A stretch of 64,000 bases of DNA, from NCBI GenBank assembly GCA_963848305.1, contig CAWKDC010000001.1, positions 1,152,001 through 1,216,000 on the forward strand. Reading direction: 5' to 3'. Below, piece after piece: positions 29,390-39,218 of this stretch (position 1 is the first letter of the stretch; every line of letters begins with the position of its first letter). The notes beneath the pieces are model-generated. The model ran no database searches, was not told where the DNA came from, and saw nothing but the letters and a program-made list of their open reading frames with translations. The translations under genes and the position numbers were made by a program. Origin of the DNA: an uncultured Gammaproteobacteria bacterium (GTDB taxonomy: Bacteria > Pseudomonadota > Gammaproteobacteria > JABCZS01).

Positions 29390-29889
29390 TGGTATTCCCT
29401 TAATTCTTTTAAAAATTTCTTTTCCGTTCTGGAGCGTTTCAGCCAGGAGAGGTGATCAATAAAAACAATTCCGTCCAAATGATCAATCTCGTGTTGTAAG
29501 CAACGTGATAATAGCCCTTCTGCGGTGATGTTGACAGGATTGCCCTCTAAATCAGTGGCGGTGATGGTGATTTTTTCACTGCGCTTGATGTCAATGCGTA
29601 ACCCTGGGAAAGACAAACAGCCTTCATTGCTGGGAATGGTGCCCGAGCGATGTTTGATCACAGGGTTGATGAGTACCTGTGGTTGATTTTTCTCTTCACT
29701 GAGATCGATGGTGAGCATGCGCAGTCGAATGCCGACTTGTGTTGCAGCCAGACCGATGCCTTCTTCGGCATACATAGTCGCGATCATTTGTGCCGCCATA
29801 CTGCGGACGTGATCATCGATGGTCTCAATAGGTGCCGCGGGCGTGAGCAGACCCTTATCAGGGTAAATGAGGACTTTCAGCGTATTCAT
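29386..29889 (-). CDS. def: Peptide deformylase
   Basis: GIGLAATQ, EGCLSFP, QHEIDHLDG; start MNTLKV at 29889. Confidence 0.97.
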   Translation of the reverse strand: MNTLKVLIYPDKGLLTPAAPIETIDDHVRSMAAQMIATMYAEEGIGLAATQVGIRLRMLTIDLSEEKNQPQVLINPVIKHRSGTIPSNEGCLSFPGLRIDIKRSEKITITATDLEGNPVNITAEGLLSRCLQHEIDHLDGIVFIDHLSWLKRSRTEKKFLKELREYH

Positions 29890-29946
29890 GATTTTTATCA
29901 CCCCTTTACTGTATAATCTCTGATTCTCAGGATACCAGGAAGGCAA

Positions 29947-31062
29947 ATGAAAGACAATCAAACAAATCAGATCCACATTCAGTGGGCGTGGGTGAGTGAG
30001 GTGGCGCGCCACCGTGCTCGCGATATTATCAATTATTTTCAAGAAGATACGACGCAGGCCTGGGTGATTCAGGCGGACATGGCGCCAGCACTTGGGTTGA
30101 CACAGGGGCTGATGAAGGCATTGTTGAACCCCTGCCCCGCGTTTTGTGGGCGGCTGGAAAAATGGCTGGCGGAATCACCGCAACACCATTATATTCCTGT
30201 CTGGTCAGCCGATTACCCGGCATTATTGCGTGAAATCCCCTCGCCACCATTGGGACTCTATGTGATGGGGAACGTGTCAGCGATGTCATCTCCTCAAATC
30301 GCCATTGTGGGCACACGGAAACCTTCCCCGCTTGGCATTGTGTTGGCAGAAGATTTTGCGAGAGGGTTGGGTCAGGCAGGTTTCACGGTGACGAGCGGTT
30401 TGGCGATGGGGGTGGATGCGTGCGCGCATCAAGGGGCTTTGTCTGTGGGTGCGACGACGATTGGTGTCATGGCCACGGGTATGGACCAAATCTATCCCTC
30501 GCGTCATTATCGATTGGCACAAGAGATGTTGCTGAAGGGAGCCGTGGTGACTGAGTTTCCATTGGGCACAAAGCCATTGCCGCCATTGTTTCCTCAGCGA
30601 AATAGAATCATCAGTGGATTATCGCAAGGCGTATTGGTGGTTGAAGCAGCCCTGCGGAGTGGCACTTTGACGACGGCCCGGCATGCCATCGAACAGAACC
30701 GAGATGTGTTTGCCATTCCCGGTTCTGTGAAAAATCGCCAAACAGAAGGGTGTCATTATTTGTTAAAGCAAGGTGCAACATTGGTTGTGACCGTGGATGA
30801 TATGTTAGTCGAATTAGGTATTGGTCAGCAGAAAAGTCAAAAAAGGACTGGCCAAAATCGAATAAGTTGTTCACACTTAGGAGAGCAGGATCGTCGCATT
30901 TTGTCGGTCTTAGAGACCGGGACAGTGGGCGTCGATGAGTTGGTTCATCAGCTTTCGCTTCCCACTCAAGAAGTTGCATGCCGATTAATAGAACTAGAGC
31001 TGTGTGGTTTAGTACAAACAACGCCAGGGGGATACACCCGGGCTTTTAGGAGCGCAACATGA
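29947..31062 (+). CDS. dprA: DNA processing protein
   Basis: AIVGTRKPS, TSGLAMGVD, FPQRNRIISGLS, VEAALRSG, VFAIPG. Confidence 0.96.
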   Translation: MKDNQTNQIHIQWAWVSEVARHRARDIINYFQEDTTQAWVIQADMAPALGLTQGLMKALLNPCPAFCGRLEKWLAESPQHHYIPVWSADYPALLREIPSPPLGLYVMGNVSAMSSPQIAIVGTRKPSPLGIVLAEDFARGLGQAGFTVTSGLAMGVDACAHQGALSVGATTIGVMATGMDQIYPSRHYRLAQEMLLKGAVVTEFPLGTKPLPPLFPQRNRIISGLSQGVLVVEAALRSGTLTTARHAIEQNRDVFAIPGSVKNRQTEGCHYLLKQGATLVVTVDDMLVELGIGQQKSQKRTGQNRISCSHLGEQDRRILSVLETGTVGVDELVHQLSLPTQEVACRLIELELCGLVQTTPGGYTRAFRSAT

Positions 31063-31547
31063 AAGAGAATGTGCTTGATGTATTAATCTATTTGTTTGAT
31101 CATGTCTTTGATATGGATACGGATACCGAAGCAGAAACAGATCAAGAAACATTGGCGACTGAACTGGAGGCTGCAGGCTTCGAAAAGATAGAAATTGATA
31201 AAGCATTCGATTGGTTAGAAGATTTACATTTTGCACAAGCCCGTACCGAGGGAATACGCAGCAAAACCATGGGTGGTATGCGGTTTTATGCCCCCGAAGA
31301 GTCAGAGCGTATTGCGCCCGATTGTCGTGGTTTCCTGTTGCATATGGAAGCTTGCGGTGTGATAGATGCCCAATTGCGTGAGATGGTGATCGATAGGGTC
31401 ATGGCATTGGATGCCGTCCAAGTCGATGTGAACCAACTCAAATGGATTATTTTGATGGTGCTTTGTAATTCCGATCGTGAAGACGGCCCTTCAGTCGAAT
31501 GGGTGGAGGAGATCATGTTAGGGGATTTTGCAGACACGATGCATTGA
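31059..31547 (+). CDS. smg: Smg / DUF494 protein
   Basis: MKENVLDVLIYLF, AGFE..EIDKAFDWL, REMVIDRVMAL, LKWIILMVL; dprA-smg-topA synteny. Confidence 0.93.
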   Translation: MKENVLDVLIYLFDHVFDMDTDTEAETDQETLATELEAAGFEKIEIDKAFDWLEDLHFAQARTEGIRSKTMGGMRFYAPEESERIAPDCRGFLLHMEACGVIDAQLREMVIDRVMALDAVQVDVNQLKWIILMVLCNSDREDGPSVEWVEEIMLGDFADTMH

Positions 31548-31562
31548 AAAAATACGGTATTT

Positions 31563-31623
31563 GCCCCCTTTGAAGGGGGCAGCCCGTCAGGTGCGCATTC
31601 ATGCGCCTTCGGGCGGGGGTTGT
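31563..31623. repeat. REP-like compound hairpin between smg and topA
   Basis: GCCCCCTT-TG-AAGGGGGC, then GCCCG..GCGC-ATTCAT-GCGC..CGGGC, then GGGGGTTGT. Confidence 0.55.
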
Positions 31624-31714
31624 CACCATCTAACATTCCCCTCCCCACCCTTGCCATTCGCTCAAAATTAGGCTAGATTCCCACTCGCCACCCTATACTT
31701 ATATAAGGACCTAC

Positions 31715-33991
31715 ATGACAAAACACCTCGTCGTCGTCGAATCGCCGGCTAAAACAAAGACTTTGGAAAAATATCTGGGTAAAAAAGACTATAAGGTCAT
31801 TGCCTCATATGGTCACGTCCGCGATTTGGTCGCCAAAGAGGGAGCAGTCGATCCTGCTCACGATTTTGCCATGCGCTATGAGTTGATAGAAAAGAATAAA
31901 AAGCATGTGGATGTTTTTTTGAAGGCTCTCAAAGACGCCGACACCCTCCTGCTCGCCACTGACCCGGATCGTGAAGGGGAAGCGATTTCCTGGCATCTCT
32001 ATGAAGTGGCCAAAGAACAGGGGGCGTTGAAAGGTAAAACTGTTCAACGGATTGTCTTCAACCAAATCACCAAAGCAGCCGTGTTAGATGCCATAGAACA
32101 TCCCCGTGAGTTGTCGATGGATTTGGTTCACTCCCAACAAGCCCGTCGTGCGCTGGATTATCTGGTGGGCTTCAATTTATCCCCCTTGTTGTGGAAAAAA
32201 ATTCGCCGCGGTTTATCCGCCGGTCGCGTGCAAAGTCCTGCCTTGCGCATGATTGTCGAGCGGCAAGCTTTGATTGATGCATTTGTGCCTCAAGAATATT
32301 GGTCGATCACCGCACACTGTCAAGCTGACAAACAAGCCTTCGAAGCAAAACTCACCTTGTTGGATGGGAAAAAATTTGAACAATTCACGATCACTGATGA
32401 AGCGACTGCCAAAAAAGCGCACAAAAAATTAGACGCGCTCGCCAAAGGTCAGCTGACTGTTGTTGGTATTGAGAAAAAACAACGCAAACGCAATCCTGCG
32501 GCTCCTTTTATCACATCCACCTTGCAACAAGAAGCTGCCCGCAAATTAGGCTTCACCGCACAACGCACCATGCGTACCGCGCAGCAATTGTATGAAGGGG
32601 TTGATGTGGGCAATGGCGTTGAAGGTTTGATCACCTACATGCGTACAGACGCCACGCATTTGGCACCAGAAGCGGTGGCAGAGATTCGTACATTTATTGA
32701 AACACGTTACGGCAAAAACAGTGTGCCTGATGAGCCGCGTATTTACAAATCAAAATCCAAAAATGCGCAGGAAGCGCATGAAGCGATACGTCCTACCCAT
32801 GTTAACAATGTGCCAGAATCCATCAAAACGCATTTATCAGCGGATCAATTCAAATTGTATCAGTTGATTTGGAAGCGCGCCGTTGCGTGTCAAATGGTGC
32901 ATGCAACCATTGACACGGTGGGTGTTGATTTGGCCGCTGATGATAAAAATATTTTCCGTGCGACCGGGTCGACGATTGTGGAGCCTGGTTTTATTGCTGT
33001 TTATCAAGAAGGCGTTGATGATCAAAAACCTGGCGAGGACGAAGAAAAAATATTGCCTGAATTTAAAGAAGGGCAAATCGTTCCTTTAAATAGCATTGAA
33101 CCTACGCAACATTTTACGGAGCCACCACCTGCATATACGGAAGCGAGTTTGGTGAAAGCACTTGAAGAGCACGGCATTGGCCGCCCTTCTACATATGCAT
33201 CCATTATTCATACTTTGCAAGCGCGCGAATATGTGGAGATGGACAAAAAGCGTTTTTTTCCAACGGATGTGGGGAAAGTTGTCAATAAATTTTTAACTGA
33301 ATATTTCACGAATTATGTGGATTATGATTTTACAGCGCACCTTGAAGATGAGCTCGATGCGGTGTCACGCGGTGAAGCACAATGGGTGCCGTTGCTCGAA
33401 AAATTCTGGGGTCCCTTTAAAGCATTGGTGGATGATACTGAAGTCAATGTGAAGCGCAGTGATGTGACGCAAGAAAAATTGGATGAAAAATGCCCGAAAT
33501 GCGGGAAAGATTTATCCATCCGTCTTGGGCGCCGGGGACGTTTCATTGGTTGCGTTGCGTATCCTGAATGTGATTACACGCGCAGCATGGATGGCGAAGA
33601 AACCTCTCAACCCGAAATTTTGGATCGGGACTGTCCTGATTGCGGTAAAAAATTGCAGATCCGACACGGGCGTTTTGGGAAATTCATTGGTTGTACGGGT
33701 TATCCCACATGCAAACACATTGAATCACTCGAAAAACCAGCAGACACGGGCGTGCGTTGCCCAGAGTGTTCTCAAGGCCAAATGGTCTCGCGTAAATCTC
33801 GGTATGGCAAAATATTTTATTCTTGTAGTCGTTATCCAGATTGTAAATTTGCAGTCTGGAATGAACCATTAGATGAACCCTGTCCTAAGTGCGGTTTCTT
33901 GATGATGACGAAAAAAGAAACGAAACGCAAAGGCAAAGAGAAAGTATGCCCGATTAAGAATTGTGGGCATGCGGAGCCGCTGGGGGAATAG
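31715..33991 (+). CDS. topA: DNA topoisomerase I
   Basis: VVESPAK, ATDPDREGEAI, SAGRVQS, LITYMRTD, AQEAHEAIRP, GIGRPSTYA, C-terminal zinc ribbons. Confidence 0.98.
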   Translation: MTKHLVVVESPAKTKTLEKYLGKKDYKVIASYGHVRDLVAKEGAVDPAHDFAMRYELIEKNKKHVDVFLKALKDADTLLLATDPDREGEAISWHLYEVAKEQGALKGKTVQRIVFNQITKAAVLDAIEHPRELSMDLVHSQQARRALDYLVGFNLSPLLWKKIRRGLSAGRVQSPALRMIVERQALIDAFVPQEYWSITAHCQADKQAFEAKLTLLDGKKFEQFTITDEATAKKAHKKLDALAKGQLTVVGIEKKQRKRNPAAPFITSTLQQEAARKLGFTAQRTMRTAQQLYEGVDVGNGVEGLITYMRTDATHLAPEAVAEIRTFIETRYGKNSVPDEPRIYKSKSKNAQEAHEAIRPTHVNNVPESIKTHLSADQFKLYQLIWKRAVACQMVHATIDTVGVDLAADDKNIFRATGSTIVEPGFIAVYQEGVDDQKPGEDEEKILPEFKEGQIVPLNSIEPTQHFTEPPPAYTEASLVKALEEHGIGRPSTYASIIHTLQAREYVEMDKKRFFPTDVGKVVNKFLTEYFTNYVDYDFTAHLEDELDAVSRGEAQWVPLLEKFWGPFKALVDDTEVNVKRSDVTQEKLDEKCPKCGKDLSIRLGRRGRFIGCVAYPECDYTRSMDGEETSQPEILDRDCPDCGKKLQIRHGRFGKFIGCTGYPTCKHIESLEKPADTGVRCPECSQGQMVSRKSRYGKIFYSCSRYPDCKFAVWNEPLDEPCPKCGFLMMTKKETKRKGKEKVCPIKNCGHAEPLGE

Positions 33992-34083
33992 TGCTGTCAG
34001 GTCGCCTCTGACGAGGCTGAAGCATACTCGATTTTTATGCAACAAAACCTTTTCAACGGTGGGAGGCTATATCATTTTGCACT

Positions 34084-35277
34084 TTATTGACTCTCTTCCT
34101 TATCTACCACCGCCGTCACACAAGCATCAGACCAGACATTGATCGCAGTTTCAATCATGTCGAGGAACATATAGAAAGGCAAAATCACGAACATGAGATC
34201 GAGTGGGACATCCATCGTGGTCAATAAAGCCATTGATAAAAAGTAGCAACCCATGGGGACACCAGCATTACCGAATGCGGCCAGTGTGGCAATGAAAATC
34301 CATGCAATCAGTTCTGCCACAGAAAAATGAATACCATTGCTCATCGCCACAAATAACACCGTGATTAAAATAAATGCTGCGCATCCATTCATGTTGATCG
34401 TTGTGCAAATGGGCAAGGAAAAACCAGCGGTTTTTTCAGAAATGCCCATCCGTTCTTTTGCACACTGCAATGTAACAGGTAACGTTGCCGCAGAAGATTT
34501 TGACCAAAAGGCAATGTTCAGTGCTGGGAACATGGATTTTGCCGCAAAGAGTGGCGAAATGCCTTTCATTTTCAACATCAGGGGCAATATGATAAAGGCT
34601 TGAATTAAATTCGCACCCACCACGCAAATCAAATAAACGGCAACATGGGTCAGTTCTTTCATGGAATCCATTTCAACAATGAATTGTGCGATGAAAGCCC
34701 AAATGGCAATGGGAATAAAGTTCAAAATGATTTTTGCAATGGATAACATGGCTGCAAATAAACTGGTGAACAAATCGCTTAATAAATTTTTCTGACGAGA
34801 GGGCAGTGGTAAAATCGCAAAACTCATCAATAATGCCAAAATCAACACGGCAACCACATTGCCCTCACTGAATGGCGTGATTAAATTGGAAGGGATGCTG
34901 CTCAGCAAAAAATCCCAGTAGGTTGTTTCTGGCGTGTAGGCCGGGACAACATTGCTCAAGTCAATCCCCATGTTGACGGGATTGAGGGTTAAGAAAAGTG
35001 CCAATCCGATGCTGGCTGCAGTCACCGTGGTCAGCAGGGTATATTTGAGAACTTTCCCGCCGAGCGACCTTAACTCTGTGATGCTTTGCATCTGCGTGAG
35101 CGTGCCGACTACTGCAAGGAAAATCAGCGGTAAGCTGATGAGTTTTAAGAGATTAACGAAAATGGTCGCCACGGTATTTGCAACAGCCATGATAAATGGA
35201 ATGGGATATAGCCCGGTGAGAACACCCAATACAAGTGCAGCCATCAGTAATATATAGGGTTTTTTTAGGAATGACAC
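34084..35277 (-). CDS. Dicarboxylate/amino acid:cation (DAACS) symporter
   Basis: SKSSAATLP, PICTTINMNG, GNAGVPMG, DMIETAINVWSD. Confidence 0.9.
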   Translation of the reverse strand: MSFLKKPYILLMAALVLGVLTGLYPIPFIMAVANTVATIFVNLLKLISLPLIFLAVVGTLTQMQSITELRSLGGKVLKYTLLTTVTAASIGLALFLTLNPVNMGIDLSNVVPAYTPETTYWDFLLSSIPSNLITPFSEGNVVAVLILALLMSFAILPLPSRQKNLLSDLFTSLFAAMLSIAKIILNFIPIAIWAFIAQFIVEMDSMKELTHVAVYLICVVGANLIQAFIILPLMLKMKGISPLFAAKSMFPALNIAFWSKSSAATLPVTLQCAKERMGISEKTAGFSLPICTTINMNGCAAFILITVLFVAMSNGIHFSVAELIAWIFIATLAAFGNAGVPMGCYFLSMALLTTMDVPLDLMFVILPFYMFLDMIETAINVWSDACVTAVVDKEESQ

Positions 35278-35719
35278 AGGGAACTCTCCATTGAATTAAT
35301 GTCCACATTATATACCTCCCCTGCCAGGAAGGCCAATGCCTCATTAGTGGTAGTTCAAATACTATTGAATTTGTGAGCAAACCCACATAAACTACGCGTA
35401 GTATGTTGTCATAAATGAGCATGACCGCGCCCACTTTTATGATAACCTTTATGTTGCTTATGGTGAAAATGATGATCTATGCAGGGTCTACACGACTCCT
35501 TCCGGCAAAAAGCCAACATCGCCAGCTATTTGATCCTCCGCAAAGCGATGCCTGAGCCCTTGAATAGCCCCTATCTTGAAACGTTCAACAAATCGGAGCC
35601 AGAAAACCAAGAAAGACAAATAAACAAGACCCAAGTAACCTTTGCGTGCATACCTGCCTTGCTCGGTGTATAATGTTAAGCCGACATTGAAATGCAGGCA
35701 CTAATAATAAGGAAACAAC

Positions 35720-36088
35720 ATGAAAAAAGTAATCTATGCAGCGGATAATGAATTGCCTATCATCGACTTGGCTTTTCTCGTCGATTTGGTGGGCGGCAAC
35801 GTCGAGTTCGCCCATGAAATGATGGCTATCTTCATCAATGATTTGCCCAATGCGCAGCAACATATCACTGATGCATATGTTCAGAAGGACTGGCAACAGC
35901 TTCGTCACCATCTTCATCGTTTACATGGCAGCCTGTGTTACACGGGCGCGATGCGGCTGAAATCGGTGGCTAGCCAGTTTGAGAAGCGAGTCATAGCAGG
36001 CAACGGTGACTACCGCGAGCTTTATGCGACTCTCATCCACGATATGGAGCTGACGGTTGCCGAGTACCGTAAAATGATGGACGCTTGA
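35720..36088 (+). CDS. Stand-alone Hpt phosphotransfer domain protein
   Basis: GGN.EFA.EMM..F...L and HRLHGSLCYTGA, typical of BarA/GacS/LetS Hpt domains; RBS AAGGA upstream. Confidence 0.85.
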   Translation: MKKVIYAADNELPIIDLAFLVDLVGGNVEFAHEMMAIFINDLPNAQQHITDAYVQKDWQQLRHHLHRLHGSLCYTGAMRLKSVASQFEKRVIAGNGDYRELYATLIHDMELTVAEYRKMMDA

Positions 36089-36148
36089 TGGCCTCTTATG
36101 GTATCTTCAAGTACGAAAAGTATAGACAAACAACACGGGGCATGAGCC

Positions 36149-37333
36149 ATGATCAAAGTCTTAAGAAACCTATTAACGCGTGAACTCCTCGGCGGCATGA
36201 TGCTGTTCGCGGCAGCCGTGCTGGCTCTTATGGTGGCTAACTCACCGCTCAAAGCGGCTTACGGCCTTTTGCTGTCGACCTCTTTTGGTGTTTTTTGGGG
36301 TGAGCAATCTCTCGTGAAACCGGTTTTGATGTGGATCAATGACGGCTTGATGGTCATTTTTTTCCTGATGATTGCCCTTGAAGTCAAGCGTGAATGTTTG
36401 GAAGGCGAGTTGTCGACCCCTTCCCAAGTTGCTCTACCTGCGATTGGTGCCTTGGGGGGCATGATTGTGCCGGCACTGATTTACACTTTTTTCAATTATG
36501 GAAACCCTCTTTACAGTCATGGTTGGGCCATTCCAACGGCGACAGACATTGCCTTTGTCTTGGGTGTGCTGGCATTGTTGGGGCCTCGTGTCCCTGCAGG
36601 TTTGAGGATGTTCCTGCTTTCTTTGGCGATTTTCGACGATATTGGCGCCATTATAGTGATTGCACTCTTCTACTCTCATGATTTATCTGTCACCATGCTG
36701 ATCAGTTCACTGATCTGCCTAGCGATATTATTTGCTTTCAATCGATTGGGTGTGCGGAAGCTCACGCCATATATGTTGGTTGGCCTGGTGATGTGGTTAT
36801 TTGTACTGAAGTCGGGTGTGCATGCCACACTGACGGGTGTTGCGTTGGGTTTGATGATCCCCCATAAAGGGGCAAAAGGCCCCGAGGGATTATCACCCTT
36901 GAAGCAGTTAGAGTACGCGCTGCATCCTTATGTAGTCTACTTTATTGTGCCTTTATTTGCATTCGCCAATGCCGGCGTTTCCTTGAGTCACTTGACCGTG
37001 AATGATTTCCACAACACAGTGACTTATGGTGTCACACTCGGATTGTTCTTGGGCAAGCAATTAGGGATCGCGGCTTTTGTCTGGATAGCGATTCAGCTGG
37101 GTTTTGCAAGCCTGCCGCGCCATACCAATTGGCCAGCGATGTACGGCGGATGTATTTTGTGTGGTATTGGGTTCACCATGAGCTTGTTCATCGCGTCATT
37201 GTCATTTGTGCCGGGCACCATGGATGGTTTTGCGGCGGATCGTTTGGGTATTTTTATCGGTTCCCTCATATCGGGCGTGCTCGGCTATTGGATCATTAGC
37301 CGTTGTCACAGTCAGCGCTTCAAAGATCAGTAA
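36149..37333 (+). CDS. nhaA: Na+/H+ antiporter
   Basis: WINDGLM, LEVKRE, GWAIPTATDIAF, LAIFDDIG, KSGVHAT, CGIGFTMSLFI. Confidence 0.96.
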   Translation: MIKVLRNLLTRELLGGMMLFAAAVLALMVANSPLKAAYGLLLSTSFGVFWGEQSLVKPVLMWINDGLMVIFFLMIALEVKRECLEGELSTPSQVALPAIGALGGMIVPALIYTFFNYGNPLYSHGWAIPTATDIAFVLGVLALLGPRVPAGLRMFLLSLAIFDDIGAIIVIALFYSHDLSVTMLISSLICLAILFAFNRLGVRKLTPYMLVGLVMWLFVLKSGVHATLTGVALGLMIPHKGAKGPEGLSPLKQLEYALHPYVVYFIVPLFAFANAGVSLSHLTVNDFHNTVTYGVTLGLFLGKQLGIAAFVWIAIQLGFASLPRHTNWPAMYGGCILCGIGFTMSLFIASLSFVPGTMDGFAADRLGIFIGSLISGVLGYWIISRCHSQRFKDQ

Positions 37334-37416
37334 TATATTCTTCTCGTCATTTCGATGATCTTGTCTATACTCTAGGGTAGACAAGATCACGCCACATACT
37401 GACGCGGAGGGATAAT

Positions 37417-38340
37417 ATGTATCTTGATCACTTTGGATTGAAGGAAGTCCCATTTTCGCTGTCCCCTAACACCCAATATTTTTGCAACTTGCCAGGCCAT
37501 CAAGAGGCTTTCAATGTCATCATGTTTTCTTTGCGCAGCGGAGAAAGCTTGATCAAAGTGACCGGCGAAGTCGGGTCTGGCAAAACATTGATGTGTCGCC
37601 GTTTGATCAATGCCTTGCTCAATGAGCAATATGTGATCGCCTATATCCCCAATCCAGACCTCTCTTCTTCCGGTATTCGCATTGCATTGGCATTGGAATT
37701 GGGGCTTGAAGTGTCTGAAAGTGTTCCAGACCATTTTGTGCTGGAACTGATCACAGATAAACTGATTGATCTGCATCAAGAGGGCAAACGGGTCGTGTTG
37801 CTGATAGATGAAGCCCAATCATTGCCTGATGAAAGTTTAGAAGCCATTCGTTTGATGACGAATCTGGAAACAGAATCTGAGAAATTGCTGCAAATCGTAC
37901 TGTTTGGCCAGCCTGAGCTGGACGTGCGTTTGGGCAGTTATAAATTCCGCCAATTAAAGCAGCGGATTTCATTCGCTTGCAGAATTTCAGCCATTTCCCC
38001 AAGAGATTTGGAGGGGTATTTGTCACATCGTCTTATGGTGGCGGGCCACGCTTGTGGCGGCAACCTTTTCACGAAGAAAGCGCGAAGCATGTTATATGAG
38101 CACAGCCAAGGTATTCCGCGTGTGATCAATACGTTGTCGCATAAGGCCATGCTGGTTTCTTATGGACAAGGACGCAAAGAAGTCGATCATAAGGCGGTGA
38201 AGGCTGCTATTCAAGACAATGATTCTATCACGGAACCTGCCGTTGTCAGCTCGTACCGAGGCGGCATTGTGACCTTGGGGTTGTCAGGTGTTCTGGTGTT
38301 GTTGTTTTTTGTGTATGCCTACTTTAACCAATTTTTTTAA
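37417..38340 (+). CDS. ExeA/MshM-family AAA ATPase
   Basis: MYLDHFGLKEVPFSLSP, GEVGSGKT, IDEAQ, RLMTNLETESEKLLQIVLFGQPEL, GIPRVIN; C-terminal TM helix. Confidence 0.9.
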   Translation: MYLDHFGLKEVPFSLSPNTQYFCNLPGHQEAFNVIMFSLRSGESLIKVTGEVGSGKTLMCRRLINALLNEQYVIAYIPNPDLSSSGIRIALALELGLEVSESVPDHFVLELITDKLIDLHQEGKRVVLLIDEAQSLPDESLEAIRLMTNLETESEKLLQIVLFGQPELDVRLGSYKFRQLKQRISFACRISAISPRDLEGYLSHRLMVAGHACGGNLFTKKARSMLYEHSQGIPRVINTLSHKAMLVSYGQGRKEVDHKAVKAAIQDNDSITEPAVVSSYRGGIVTLGLSGVLVLLFFVYAYFNQFF

Positions 38341-38351
38341 GGGCACTCAAC

Positions 38352-39098
38352 ATGACTTTGATTAATCAAATGCTGAGGGATTTAGAGCAGCAGAAAAAAC
38401 GTTCTCCTGATAATGCAGCAAAAGGGCTCAATGCAACAGGTGACGTTGTGCAGCGCAAACCCGCTGGCCGGCATACTTTTCGAGCATTTAGCATTCTGTC
38501 GGTGGGCGCATTGTTAACCGGTGGTTTTTGGGTTGCCAGGGATATGGATGTTTCCCAGACACTCTCTGCCAGGATGGAGGCATCTGAGTCTAAGGCACCC
38601 AACGTGGTTGCATCAATGCCTGTGCCCGTGGCTCCTGTCACCCCCGTGGCTGAAGTTACTCCTGTCAAAGAGATTGTGCCTTTGGCTGATGTCGTGGCGC
38701 AACCCATGGTCACAGCAGAGCAACAACCACCCGCTGATGAGCCTATACCCTTGGTTGCGCCCAAAAATCCGCCATTAGTGATGGAAGCAATTGATTGGAA
38801 AATCAATAAACAGGCGATGGCGATGCGTTTTCGGTTACCTGCAAAAATCAATTATGAAGTCGTGGTTGATGATAAGAAAAATATTGTCACCTTGACATTC
38901 CCTCATACAGTATTCGGCGGGGATAAACCCCTTATTCTGCTTGAAAATGAGTTTGCCGATAAAGTTGAAAAAATTCAAGATGGGGATTTTTTACAGGTGA
39001 AAGCGTATTTGAAACCCAATATTGCGATTTCGTCAGTGGATTATTCGTTGGATACGAAGAAGCCGACGCTGGTCATGTCGTTATCCCGCAACTATTAG
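38352..39098 (+). CDS. MshN/ExeB-like bitopic protein with Pro-rich linker and possible AMIN-like domain
   Basis: MTLINQMLRDLE start, one TM helix, PVAPVTPV linker, beta-rich C-terminus; no TPRs seen. Confidence 0.6.
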   Translation: MTLINQMLRDLEQQKKRSPDNAAKGLNATGDVVQRKPAGRHTFRAFSILSVGALLTGGFWVARDMDVSQTLSARMEASESKAPNVVASMPVPVAPVTPVAEVTPVKEIVPLADVVAQPMVTAEQQPPADEPIPLVAPKNPPLVMEAIDWKINKQAMAMRFRLPAKINYEVVVDDKKNIVTLTFPHTVFGGDKPLILLENEFADKVEKIQDGDFLQVKAYLKPNIAISSVDYSLDTKKPTLVMSLSRNY

Positions 39099-39194
39099 AA
39101 CGGTTCTATTTGGCCAATCTCGCGCGCAAATTTCTCGTCGAAATGCTCACATAGGAATACTATGCTGCGCTTTGTCTCAGATATAACAATTCTA
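39096..39194. repeat. Degenerate palindromic MITE-like element (RPE/Legionella intergenic repeat-like)
   Basis: Ends TAGAA..TTCTA; central AAATGCTCACATAG-GAATA-CTATGCTGCGCTTT hairpin; family resemblance is from recall, not a search. Confidence 0.5.
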
Positions 39195-39218
39195 ATTGCC
39201 GAACTCGCACCCCAATAC

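Noticed and set aside
35479-35673. 64-aa ORF upstream of the Hpt gene
   Set aside because: No recognisable motif or convincing RBS; lies in a divergent promoter region.
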